From contig USMC01000001.1 of the NCBI GenBank assembly GCA_900555715.1, positions 107,128-171,127 of the forward strand: DNA of 64,000 bases, written 5' to 3'. This document shows, one piece after another, positions 55,941-64,000 of the stretch (the first letter of the stretch is position 1; each line of letters begins with the position of its first letter). Source of the DNA: an uncultured Porphyromonadaceae bacterium. Its GTDB lineage: Bacteria > Bacteroidota > Bacteroidia > Bacteroidales > Muribaculaceae. Under the pieces are notes generated by a model that was not told the DNA's origin, made no database searches, and saw nothing but the letters and a program-made list of their open reading frames with translations. Both the position numbers and the translations under genes were made by a program.

Positions 55941-57265
55941 TAACAATCGAAGAAGCCCTTTCAAGGGCATCAGATACCAAGAAACTCCGCATCGGCGACG
56001 GTATCGTCGCCGAGGCTGCGGCTATGTTCGCCGAGATGTTTCCGGGCAAGCGTCCGGTAGTGATCGCCGACCCTTCCACATGGGCAGTCGCCGGCAAAAG
56101 TGTTCATGAAAGCCTTGTCGCCGCAGGGCTCAGTCCCGACGAACCGCATATCATCGACGCTCCCGGACTGCATGCCGAATGGAAATATATCGAGGAGCTC
56201 GACGGCGTGCTCTCCGCCACCGACGCTGTTGCCATAGCCGTAGGTTCGGGCACAATCAACGACCTCACCAAGCTCAGCTCGCATCACTGCGGCAAACGCT
56301 ATATGACCGTTGCGACAGCCGCCTCTATGGACGGATACACCGCTTACGGCGCTTCCATCACCAAAGACGGTGCCAAGCAGACATTCAGCTGTCCGGCGCC
56401 GCTGGCTCTGCTCGCCGATGTCGGCGTCATTGCCAAAGCTCCTGCCGACATGACGGCGAGCGGTTATGCCGACCTCTTCGCAAAGGTGCCTGCTGGCGCC
56501 GACTGGATCATCTCCGACGCCCTCGGAGTGGAGCCGGTCGACGATTTTTCGTTTGCTCTTGTGCAGGACGGTCTCAAACTTGCCCTGAGCGACCCCAAGG
56601 GTGCCAGGAAAGGTAAAAAAGACTGCATAGAGAAACTTATAGAGGGTCTTGTGCTCAGCGGTTTTGCCATGCAGGCGCATAAGAGCAGCCGCCCGGCCTC
56701 GGGAGCCGACCATCAGTTCTCCCATCTCTGGAACATGGAGAATCATGTGATGGCTGACGGCACTATGCCTTCGCACGGATTCCAGGTGAGCATCGGCATG
56801 CTCATGTCGACGGCGCTCTACGAGCAGTTTATCAACGAAGATATTGAAAATCTCGATGTCGAGGCATGTGTCGCCGCGTGGCCCTCGCTCGAAGAGGCGC
56901 AGAAAAAGGCTGCGGCGATGTTTGCCGGAACAGATTTCCCCTCTATCGGCGTTACTGAGATTTCAGCGAAATATATCACTGCCGACGCACTGCGCGAGCA
57001 ACTCAACACGCTCAAATCCAACTGGGCGGAGATACGCCGGCGGCTCGTAGCGCAGATCATACCCTACGGCGAGGCACGAGAGCGTCTTGCCGCCGTAGGA
57101 GCACCCGTCGACCCCGAGCAGATAGGCATCTCACGCCAGCGCTTGCGCGACAGCTTCATACGCGCCCAGCACATCCGCCGGCGCTTCACGATTCTCGACA
57201 TCGCCGTGCGCATCGGACGTCTCGACGCATGGCTCGACAGAATCTTCGGTACGGAAGCGCGATGA
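55937..57265 (+). CDS. iron-containing alcohol dehydrogenase / dehydroquinate-synthase-like superfamily protein (sn-glycerol-1-phosphate dehydrogenase-like)
   Basis: GSGTINDLTK is a glycine-rich NAD(P) loop. DHQFSHLWNMENH are candidate metal-ligand His residues. At 442 aa it is larger than typical G1PDH. The specific function is not secure. Confidence 0.5.
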   Translation: MITIEEALSRASDTKKLRIGDGIVAEAAAMFAEMFPGKRPVVIADPSTWAVAGKSVHESLVAAGLSPDEPHIIDAPGLHAEWKYIEELDGVLSATDAVAIAVGSGTINDLTKLSSHHCGKRYMTVATAASMDGYTAYGASITKDGAKQTFSCPAPLALLADVGVIAKAPADMTASGYADLFAKVPAGADWIISDALGVEPVDDFSFALVQDGLKLALSDPKGARKGKKDCIEKLIEGLVLSGFAMQAHKSSRPASGADHQFSHLWNMENHVMADGTMPSHGFQVSIGMLMSTALYEQFINEDIENLDVEACVAAWPSLEEAQKKAAAMFAGTDFPSIGVTEISAKYITADALREQLNTLKSNWAEIRRRLVAQIIPYGEARERLAAVGAPVDPEQIGISRQRLRDSFIRAQHIRRRFTILDIAVRIGRLDAWLDRIFGTEAR

Positions 57266-58386
57266 AAAGCAGAATTTTTGCCTTAATCCTTCCTCTGGCG
57301 TTGCCGATGATGCTTCTTTCGGGGAGCTGCGGCGAGTCAGAGCCGTCCTCCACGTATATCTACCATCCGCAGGCCGATGCGAAAGCGTCGAGCATAGCGC
57401 TCGACAGCTATTCAGAAGACAACATCTATAGCCGTAACGTGGAGCTTGCGGTGAACGCTCCCATGCAGGGATTCACTATCGACGACGACGGCAGCGTGTG
57501 GTATACGGTGCTTTACGACACGGAGCTCTACATTTCGAATACCGCGCCGAACACGGATGTCGTTCCGAAGCCTTCCAAGGATGTTATGAAGCTCACCTAC
57601 TTCGGGCATGGAACAAACACCTCCGTAGAAAAAGCAGGAGACGACCATTATGTATGGGCAGGGTGTTTCGGCACATGCAACGAGCAGGGAGCCTATTGGA
57701 CAGAACGCCTTATAGGTCGTGTGAAATTTGAGGCGGGCAAGACAGTGTCGACCGATAAGTGCGACGAGTACTATTACATCGGCGATTACTACAATGTGCA
57801 GCCCACAGTCGACGTCGAGCACGACCAGCTCGCGGTTCAATACGACGGCGGTCCCGGCAAGACGGTCAATTTTGTGGTATACAAGTTGTCCGAAGCCAAG
57901 AAGGCGCCTCTGCGCACTGTCGAGATACGCAGCTCGGACGGATTCAGGACTGGCAACAACAAATCGGTCAATCCTACCGTCACGACAGTAAAGGTGCGCG
58001 ACCTGACGGCGATACGCAAGGTGGCGGAGCCTAAATGTGCGTGGCGCGACAAACCGGATACGAAATACTATGCCTGGCAGGGATATGATGTCTGCGGTCA
58101 GCGGCTGTATTTTGTCGAGGGTAATGACTATGCCGGAGGGTCGCAGGCATATCTTACCGTCTACAATCTCTTCGGCGACGTGGTTGAGGAGCGCACACGC
58201 ATCGATGCCGTTGCCGACAAGGATTTTATGGCGGCGTCGGGAATATCACTGAATGGCTGTCTTGAGAGCGAAGGCGTCAAGGTGAAAGGCGATAAAATAT
58301 ACTTCGGCTTCGGCAACCGCGGCATTTCCGATACAGACAGACGTTATTATCAGACGATTCTCCGCTACGACAAGCCAAAAAAATAA
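57262..58386 (+). CDS. hypothetical lipoprotein
   Basis: Lipobox LLSGSCGE. The ATG overlaps the stop of the preceding gene (atga). Confidence 0.5.
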   Translation: MKSRIFALILPLALPMMLLSGSCGESEPSSTYIYHPQADAKASSIALDSYSEDNIYSRNVELAVNAPMQGFTIDDDGSVWYTVLYDTELYISNTAPNTDVVPKPSKDVMKLTYFGHGTNTSVEKAGDDHYVWAGCFGTCNEQGAYWTERLIGRVKFEAGKTVSTDKCDEYYYIGDYYNVQPTVDVEHDQLAVQYDGGPGKTVNFVVYKLSEAKKAPLRTVEIRSSDGFRTGNNKSVNPTVTTVKVRDLTAIRKVAEPKCAWRDKPDTKYYAWQGYDVCGQRLYFVEGNDYAGGSQAYLTVYNLFGDVVEERTRIDAVADKDFMAASGISLNGCLESEGVKVKGDKIYFGFGNRGISDTDRRYYQTILRYDKPKK

Positions 58387-58394
58387 ACCGGCTC

Positions 58395-59636
58395 TCAGTC
58401 CATGCCGTATTCTTTGATTTTGCGGTAGAGAGTTCGTTCTGAAATCTGCAACTCCGCGGCGGCTGCCTTACGGCGACCGTCGTTGCGTTCGAGGGCGGCG
58501 CGTATAGCTTCGCGTTCCTTGGCTTCGAGAGTCTCGGGAACGGAAGAGACTTCCGAATATGTCACCTCGCTTGGCGCGGGGGCTGCCGGCGTGGTGTCGT
58601 GCCGCACGACAAGACTTGTGGAAAACTGTTCCTGCTGATGCTCGGCGCGTGTGTCGGCGAGCAGACCGCCCTTGCTCACGTGCGGCGTGTGCTGTTCGGT
58701 GTCGAGGCGTTCCTGCAGCTGGTCGATGCGGCTCTGCAGGTTGAAAATCATTCCGAAGAGCATCTCGCGTTCGCGCGCATAGTCGTGCACGTCTGCGGCT
58801 GCCATGGGCATATAGCTCGTGTCTATAGCCGGGAGATAGTTGCGGAGTGTGTCGGGTGTTATTTCCTCTCCTGTCTCGAATATGGCGAGCTGTTCCACCA
58901 CATTTTTGAGCTGTCGCACGTTGCCGGGCCAGCGGTAGTGGCGCATGGCGTCGTCGGCGTCTTCCGAAAATTCGATCTGCGGCATTCGGTAGCGTTCGGC
59001 GAAATCGGCGGCGAACTTGCGCGACAGAAGCCGTATGTCGCTGCCGCGGTCGCGCAGCGGCGGTATGTGTATCTGTATTGTTGAAAGACGGTAGAACAGA
59101 TCTTCGCGGAAACGTCCGTCGGCGACGGCTTTGACGAGATCTACATTTGTCGCTGCGACGATACGTACGCTCGTTTTCTGCACCGTCGACGAACCTACGC
59201 GCAGATATTCGCCCGTCTCTAATACGCGCAGCAGCCTTGCCTGTGTAGTCATAGGCAGCTCCGCCACTTCGTCGAGGAAGATAGTGCCTCCGTTTGCCTC
59301 CTCGAAGTAGCCTTTGCGTGAATCTATGGCGCCTGTGAACGCGCCCTTCTCGTGCCCGAAAAGCTCGGAGTCGATGGTGCCCTCGGGGATGGCGCCGCAG
59401 TTCACGGCTATGTATTTGGCATGCTTGCGCGCGCTGAAAGCATGTATTACCTGCGGAAAAAACTCCTTGCCCGACCCGCTCTCGCCGGTGACGAGCACCG
59501 ACAGGTCGATCGGCGCCACGCGTATGGCACGCTCGACGGCAGCCAGCAGCGCCGGAGCGTTGCCGATGATTCCAAATCTTTGTTTTGCCTGAAGCACCTG
59601 CGACGATGCTCCTGCTTTGCTTGTGATGTTGGTCAT
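58395..59636 (-). CDS. sigma-54-dependent transcriptional activator (AAA+ domain and Fis-type HTH, no receiver domain)
   Basis: Walker A VLVTGESGSGKE, GAFTGA motif, Walker B GGTIFLDEV, an ESELFGHEKGAFTGA-like motif and a C-terminal HTH (AAAELQISERTLYRKIKEYG). Confidence 0.85.
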   Translation of the reverse strand: MTNITSKAGASSQVLQAKQRFGIIGNAPALLAAVERAIRVAPIDLSVLVTGESGSGKEFFPQVIHAFSARKHAKYIAVNCGAIPEGTIDSELFGHEKGAFTGAIDSRKGYFEEANGGTIFLDEVAELPMTTQARLLRVLETGEYLRVGSSTVQKTSVRIVAATNVDLVKAVADGRFREDLFYRLSTIQIHIPPLRDRGSDIRLLSRKFAADFAERYRMPQIEFSEDADDAMRHYRWPGNVRQLKNVVEQLAIFETGEEITPDTLRNYLPAIDTSYMPMAAADVHDYAREREMLFGMIFNLQSRIDQLQERLDTEQHTPHVSKGGLLADTRAEHQQEQFSTSLVVRHDTTPAAPAPSEVTYSEVSSVPETLEAKEREAIRAALERNDGRRKAAAAELQISERTLYRKIKEYGMD

Positions 59637-59721
59637 AAGGATAAATATCTGAATACAAAGTTAGCAAAAAATTGCCTAACATCTAAAGTTTTGTTACATT
59701 TGCGTGTAAAATGATATTGCT

Positions 59722-60501
59722 ATGTCTCAGATATTCTCATACGACTTTTATATGGCAGTGGTGCTTGCCATGCTTGCTCTGGCGGTGGTAGTGTTCATCG
59801 CTCTGCAATATGTCACGGCAGGCTACGGCATGATGTATTCCCGGCGCTGGGGTCCGACGGTAGGAAACCGTCTCGGGTGGGTGCTGATGGAAGCGCCGGT
59901 GTTCGCCGCCATGGTGCTTCTGTGGGTTTTCAGTCCGCGTGCCTGCGAGGCAGCGCCGGCGGTGATGGCGTCGTTGTTCCTGCTCCATTATTTCCAGCGT
60001 AGCTTCATTTTCCCTCTGCTTATCAAAGGCAAGGGGCGCATGCCACTTGCAATCATCGCGATGGGTGTGGTTTTCAATGTCATCAATGCCTATATGATAG
60101 GCGGATGGATTTTCTATGTCGCTCCTGCCGGCACTTATCCCGTGTCGTGGCTGTGGTCGCCGCAGTTTATTGCCGGCACGCTCGTCTTTTTCGCCGGGAT
60201 GGGAATAAACATACAGTCGGACCATATAGTACGCTCCCTGCGCAAGCCCGGCGATACTAAGCACTATATCCCCCGCGGCGGAATGTACCGCTACGTGGCT
60301 TCCGCCAACTATTTCGGCGAGTTCGTAGAGTGGACAGGTTATGCCATCCTCACATGGAGCCTCGGCGGCGCGGCATTCGCTGTCTGGACTTTCGCCAATC
60401 TCGCACCGCGGGCAAAATCTATACATAACAGATACATAAAGGAATTCGGCGACGAGTACAGCCGTCTCGGGCGCCGCTATATTCTTCCATACATTTACTG
60501 A
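59722..60501 (+). CDS. steroid 5-alpha-reductase (3-oxo-5-alpha-steroid 4-dehydrogenase) family membrane protein
   Basis: Polytopic membrane protein. The C-terminal YRYVASANYFGEFVEWTGYAI resembles the 3-oxo-5-alpha-steroid 4-dehydrogenase C-terminal domain. Confidence 0.7.
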   Translation: MSQIFSYDFYMAVVLAMLALAVVVFIALQYVTAGYGMMYSRRWGPTVGNRLGWVLMEAPVFAAMVLLWVFSPRACEAAPAVMASLFLLHYFQRSFIFPLLIKGKGRMPLAIIAMGVVFNVINAYMIGGWIFYVAPAGTYPVSWLWSPQFIAGTLVFFAGMGINIQSDHIVRSLRKPGDTKHYIPRGGMYRYVASANYFGEFVEWTGYAILTWSLGGAAFAVWTFANLAPRAKSIHNRYIKEFGDEYSRLGRRYILPYIY

Positions 60502-60502
60502 T

Positions 60503-61726
60503 ATGAAGCTTTTTACACCAGGGAAAATAGGACCCGTCGAGCTCCGCAACCGCACCATCCGCTCGGCAGCTTTCGAGGGCATGGGCAAAGATTACTCTCC
60601 CACCGACATGTTGCGCGACTACCATGTATCCGTTGCCCGCGGAGGCGTCGGCATGACAACGCTTGCCTATGCGGGTGTGTGCCGCTCGGCGCTGTCGTTC
60701 ACCACGCAGCTATGGCTGCGTCCCGAGATTGTGCCGCAGCTGCGCGACATCACCGACCGCATACACGCCGAGGGGGCGAAAGCTTCCATTCAGATAGGGC
60801 ACTGCGGCAATATGACGCACCGTTCTACCGCCGGCGGAATACCTGTGGGCGCTACCACGGGATTCAACCTCTATTCTCCCACCTTCTGCCGCGGACTGCG
60901 CCCCGACGAGCTGTCGCAGATAGCCCGCTGCTTCGGCGATGCCGTGCGGACAGCGCGCGACGCCGGTTTCGACTGCGTGGAGGTACATGCCGGACACGGT
61001 TACCTCATATCGCAGTTTCTATCGCCATATACCAACCGCCGGCGCGACGCTTTCGGCGGTTCGCTCGACAACCGCATGAAATTCATGCACATGTGTCTCG
61101 ACGAAGTGATGAAGGCTGCCGGTTCCGACATGGGTGTTATCGTCAAGACAAACATGCGCGACGGCTTCAAAGGCGGTCTGGAAATCAACGACTGCCTCAC
61201 CGTGGCGAAGGAAATAGAGAAGCATGGTGTGCACGGTATTGTTCTTTCCGGAGGATTCGTCAGCAAGGCGCCCATGTATGTCATGCGCGGCGAGATGCCA
61301 ATCTATTCCATGACGTACTACATGAAGCAGCTTTGGCTGAAATATGGTGTCCGTATGTGCGGCAAGATGATGATTCCGTCTGTTCCGTTCAAAGAGCTGT
61401 ATTTCCTGGACGACGCGCGTCTGTTCCGTCGCGAGCTGTCGCTGCCGCTTATCTATGTCGGCGGAGTATGCTCGCGTGAGAATGCCGACACCGTTCTCGA
61501 CAGCGAGGGCTTCGATTTTGTCCAGATGGGACGCGCACTGCTCACCGAGCCCGACTTTGTCAACCGCATGCGGAGCGAGGAGAACCATTGTTCACCCTGC
61601 GAGCATGTCAACTACTGCATAGCGCGCATGTATTCGCGCGAGATGGCATGTCACCGGAACTGCAAGGACCTTCCTCCGAAAATCGTCCGCGAAATCGAGG
61701 AAATCAAAAGGCGTAGCAAAGCGTGA
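60503..61726 (+). CDS. NADH:flavin oxidoreductase, Old Yellow Enzyme family, with C-terminal Cys-rich tail
   Basis: OYE TIM-barrel motifs (HAGHGYLISQFLSPYTNRRRDAFGGS). The C-terminus reads CSPCEHVNYC...CHRNC. The ATG is 2 bp after the preceding stop. Confidence 0.85.
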   Translation: MKLFTPGKIGPVELRNRTIRSAAFEGMGKDYSPTDMLRDYHVSVARGGVGMTTLAYAGVCRSALSFTTQLWLRPEIVPQLRDITDRIHAEGAKASIQIGHCGNMTHRSTAGGIPVGATTGFNLYSPTFCRGLRPDELSQIARCFGDAVRTARDAGFDCVEVHAGHGYLISQFLSPYTNRRRDAFGGSLDNRMKFMHMCLDEVMKAAGSDMGVIVKTNMRDGFKGGLEINDCLTVAKEIEKHGVHGIVLSGGFVSKAPMYVMRGEMPIYSMTYYMKQLWLKYGVRMCGKMMIPSVPFKELYFLDDARLFRRELSLPLIYVGGVCSRENADTVLDSEGFDFVQMGRALLTEPDFVNRMRSEENHCSPCEHVNYCIARMYSREMACHRNCKDLPPKIVREIEEIKRRSKA

Positions 61727-62517
61727 TGGAAAACTGCAAAGGACGTCTCGCCCTCGTCACGGGAGCAAGCAGCGGAATAGGGCTGTGTTTCTGCCGTGAG
61801 CTTGCCCGGCGCGGCTGCAATCTTGTGATGGTGAGCAATCAGGACTGCCTCGACGGCTGTGCGGAAGCCATAGCCGGTGAGTTCGGCGTAAAGGCTGTGC
61901 CTCTCTTTTTCGACCTCACAGATGCCGGATGTGCAGAAACAATTGCCAAGCGGCTCGACGGAATGGGGCTGAGTCCCGACTATCTGATAAACAACGCCGG
62001 AATATTTTCTTTCAAAGAAATCGTCAGGACTCCTGCGGCGAAAGTGAACTGTTTCATCGATCTGCACGTGCGCGCCGTCACCGAGCTGAGCCGTATTTTC
62101 GGCGAGCGTTTTGCCCGGCGCGGTAGCGGCAGGATTCTGAACATGTCGTCGATGTCGTGCTGGATGCCGATGCCGGGGATAGCGTTGTATTCCGCCACGA
62201 AGGCATATATCCGCGTTTTTAGCCGCGCTTTGCACTATGAGCTGCGCGACAGCGGAGTCACCGTCACCGTAGCCTGTCCCGGCGGCATAGCCACCGACCT
62301 GTTCGGACTGCCTGTGCGGCTTCAGCGTCTCGCCGTGCGGCTTGGCGTGCTCATGCGTCCGGAGCGTTTCGCGCATAAGGCTGTGAACCGTATGCTCCGG
62401 GGCAGAAAGCAATATATCAACGGATTGCTCAACCGCTTCTCAATCTTCTTTGTCGGCATCACTCCTACGCCAGTGCGGATGATGGTGAAGCACAAACTGC
62501 TGGACAGAATGCAATGA
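61723..62517 (+). CDS. SDR-family oxidoreductase
   Basis: TGASSGIG cofactor motif and a YxxxK catalytic pair (YSATKAYI). It overlaps the previous gene by 4 bp. Confidence 0.85.
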   Translation: MMENCKGRLALVTGASSGIGLCFCRELARRGCNLVMVSNQDCLDGCAEAIAGEFGVKAVPLFFDLTDAGCAETIAKRLDGMGLSPDYLINNAGIFSFKEIVRTPAAKVNCFIDLHVRAVTELSRIFGERFARRGSGRILNMSSMSCWMPMPGIALYSATKAYIRVFSRALHYELRDSGVTVTVACPGGIATDLFGLPVRLQRLAVRLGVLMRPERFAHKAVNRMLRGRKQYINGLLNRFSIFFVGITPTPVRMMVKHKLLDRMQ

Positions 62518-63290
62518 AAGAACGTTACGATATCAGCTGTCTTCCCGCAGGACTGCCGGTGGTGGTGACAGGCGCCACAGGAGGCATAGGCACGGAAATA
62601 GCCCTCGCACTCGCTTCTATGGGCGTGCCGATGATTCTGCCGTGTCGGAATGAGAAAAAGTACGAAACACTAAGGGAACGCATCCTTGCGGCTTATCCTG
62701 CCGCTCAGATAAGCTATGTAGCCCTTGACCTCAACAGTGCGCAGAGTGTGCGCGATGCTGCTGCCGCAATCGCCGGAAAGCAGCTTGCGGGAATAGTGAA
62801 CAATGCCGGCATAATGTGCCGCCATTTCACCCTCAGCGCCGACGGATCCGAGACGACGCTCAATGTCAACTACTTCAACACCCGTCTGCTCAACGAGCTG
62901 CTTCTTCCGCAGGTCGCTCACGGCGGTGCGCTCGTCTTCACAACGTCTGTGACGCGCAAAGCCGGGCATACGGACGTATTGCCCGAGGAGGTGACAGAGA
63001 AAGATTTCAGCCAGCTCGGTACCTACGGACTGTCGAAGAAACTCATCACGCGCTATGCTCTCGCACTTGCTCCCGAGGCGGCAGCATATGGCGTGCGCGT
63101 CAATTGCGCCGATCCGGGCATTGTCAATTCCGGTATGATAACGATGCACCGCTGGTACGACCCTCTCGCCAACATCTTTTTCCGTCCTTTCATCCGCCCG
63201 GCGCGCAAAGGAGCAGTACCGGCGCTCCGTGCCCTTTTCTCGCCGCTGACAGCCCGCATCTTCACTCTCCGACATATACATCGAAACTAA
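62514..63290 (+). CDS. SDR-family oxidoreductase
   Basis: VTGATGGIG and YGLSKKLI motifs. It overlaps the previous gene by 4 bp. Confidence 0.85.
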   Translation: MKERYDISCLPAGLPVVVTGATGGIGTEIALALASMGVPMILPCRNEKKYETLRERILAAYPAAQISYVALDLNSAQSVRDAAAAIAGKQLAGIVNNAGIMCRHFTLSADGSETTLNVNYFNTRLLNELLLPQVAHGGALVFTTSVTRKAGHTDVLPEEVTEKDFSQLGTYGLSKKLITRYALALAPEAAAYGVRVNCADPGIVNSGMITMHRWYDPLANIFFRPFIRPARKGAVPALRALFSPLTARIFTLRHIHRN

Positions 63291-63301
63291 TATCTAATAC
63301 T

Positions 63302-64000
63302 ATGAAATACATTAAAACCGCGTTCGCGCTTTTTGCTGCCGTTCTGCTTGCATCGTGCACTACAGAGAAACAGCAAAACTCCATTCCGCCGACAGTAACC
63401 ATGTCCAAGGCTGAACTTCTCGACAAGATAAAAGGCGGCTGGGCAGGGCAGACCATCGGCTGTACTTACGGCGGACCGACAGAATTTGAGTTTAAAGGCA
63501 CCATGATTCAGGACTATGTGCCTATCGAGTGGGAAGACGGATGCATAAAATGGTACTATGACAACTTCCCGGGACTCTACGATGACGTCTATATGGATCT
63601 GACGTTTGTGAATGTGTTCGACCGCCTCGGACTCGACGCCCCTGCCGATTCCCTTGCGATGGCGTTTGCCACAGCCGGCTACAATCTGTGGGCTGCCAAC
63701 CAGTGTGCCCGCTACAACATTCTCAACGGCATCATGCCCCCTGAGTCGGGGCATTGGAAGAATAACCCTCATGCCGACGACATCGACTATCAGATCGAGG
63801 CTGACTACTCCGGACTGATGAGTCCCGGTATGCCGAACACGGCTTCGCAGTTCTCGGAGAAAGTAGGGCATATAATGAACTGCGGCGACGGCTTCTACGG
63901 CGGCGTGTATGTGGGTGCCATGTATAGCCTCGCATTCGTTTCCGACGATATCGAGTTTATCGTCCGTGAAGCTCTCAAGACCATACCTGAGCAGAGCCAC
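63302..64000 (+). CDS. ADP-ribosylglycohydrolase-family-like lipoprotein (5' partial, runs off window end)
   Basis: An open frame from ATG 63302 to the window end is not in the ORF track because no stop lies within the window. Lipoprotein signal MKYIKTAFALFAAVLLASC. GGWAGQTIGCTYGGPTEF resembles the N-terminal glycine-rich motif of ADP-ribosylglycohydrolases. The competing minus-strand ORF 63287..64000 has no such features. Confidence 0.45.
   Translation, partial: MKYIKTAFALFAAVLLASCTTEKQQNSIPPTVTMSKAELLDKIKGGWAGQTIGCTYGGPTEFEFKGTMIQDYVPIEWEDGCIKWYYDNFPGLYDDVYMDLTFVNVFDRLGLDAPADSLAMAFATAGYNLWAANQCARYNILNGIMPPESGHWKNNPHADDIDYQIEADYSGLMSPGMPNTASQFSEKVGHIMNCGDGFYGGVYVGAMYSLAFVSDDIEFIVREALKTIPEQSH

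Noticed and set aside
58468-59682. 404-aa minus-strand ORF overlapping the sigma-54 activator in another frame
   Set aside because: Arg-rich low-complexity translation. The alternative frame has complete AAA+ and HTH motifs.
63287-64000. 237-aa minus-strand ORF at the window end
   Set aside because: The plus strand has an uninterrupted frame from ATG 63302 encoding a lipoprotein signal peptide and ADP-ribosylglycohydrolase-like motifs. The minus-strand product is featureless.
1-64000. Search for tRNA/rRNA genes, CRISPR arrays, integrases or transposases
   Set aside because: No T-loop-like GGTTCGAATCC-type sequences, no regularly spaced short repeats, and no recombinase-like ORFs were seen. 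The only repeats are the tandem 200-nt pair and the inverted repeat described above.

Overview
The window reads as a chromosomal segment of a GC-rich member of the order Bacteroidales. It has SusC/SusD pairs, a FecR/ECF-sigma switch, T9SS C-terminal sorting domains, gldE/gldD and Bacteroidetes-type TAnnTTTG promoter boxes. The first ~10.9 kb is compositionally foreign. Positions 1-7050 are visibly very AT-rich, 7050-10900 intermediate, and the rest GC-rich by eye; no exact GC values were computed. The AT-rich block holds an ABC exporter, a SusC/SusD pair and a secreted protein with four DnaJ-type CxxCxG zinc-finger repeats, followed by remnants of a conjugative element (PcfJ-like and PcfK-like proteins). 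Next come a long imperfect inverted repeat and a striking pair of ~200-nt tandem non-coding repeats just upstream of leuS. The native part carries housekeeping genes (leuS, rdgB, nptA-like, mgtE, rsmA, ispF, lepA, secG, a U32 peptidase, two FKBP isomerases and an SNF2/SWIM helicase). It also carries gliding/T9SS-related genes (gldE, gldD, a PorV/PorQ-like barrel and two T9SS cargo proteins) and a radical-SAM plus Cys-rich lipoprotein pair next to a low-GC KilA-N gene. A 776-aa orphan protein follows. A second SusC/SusD locus is controlled by an ECF sigma/anti-sigma pair, which is split by an inserted secreted-protein gene and has no recognisable CAZymes. Downstream is a tight EEP / DUF5009-like / Fe-ADH (glycerol-1-phosphate dehydrogenase-like) / lipoprotein operon. 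At the 3' end is a four-gene operon of a steroid 5-alpha-reductase homologue, an Old-Yellow-Enzyme flavoprotein and two SDRs, with a divergent sigma-54 activator. This resembles the bile-acid 3-oxo-delta4 reduction (isoallo-LCA type) clusters. No tRNA, rRNA, CRISPR array, integrase or transposase was recognised. Many long antisense ORFs in the track are GC-rich shadow frames and were rejected.
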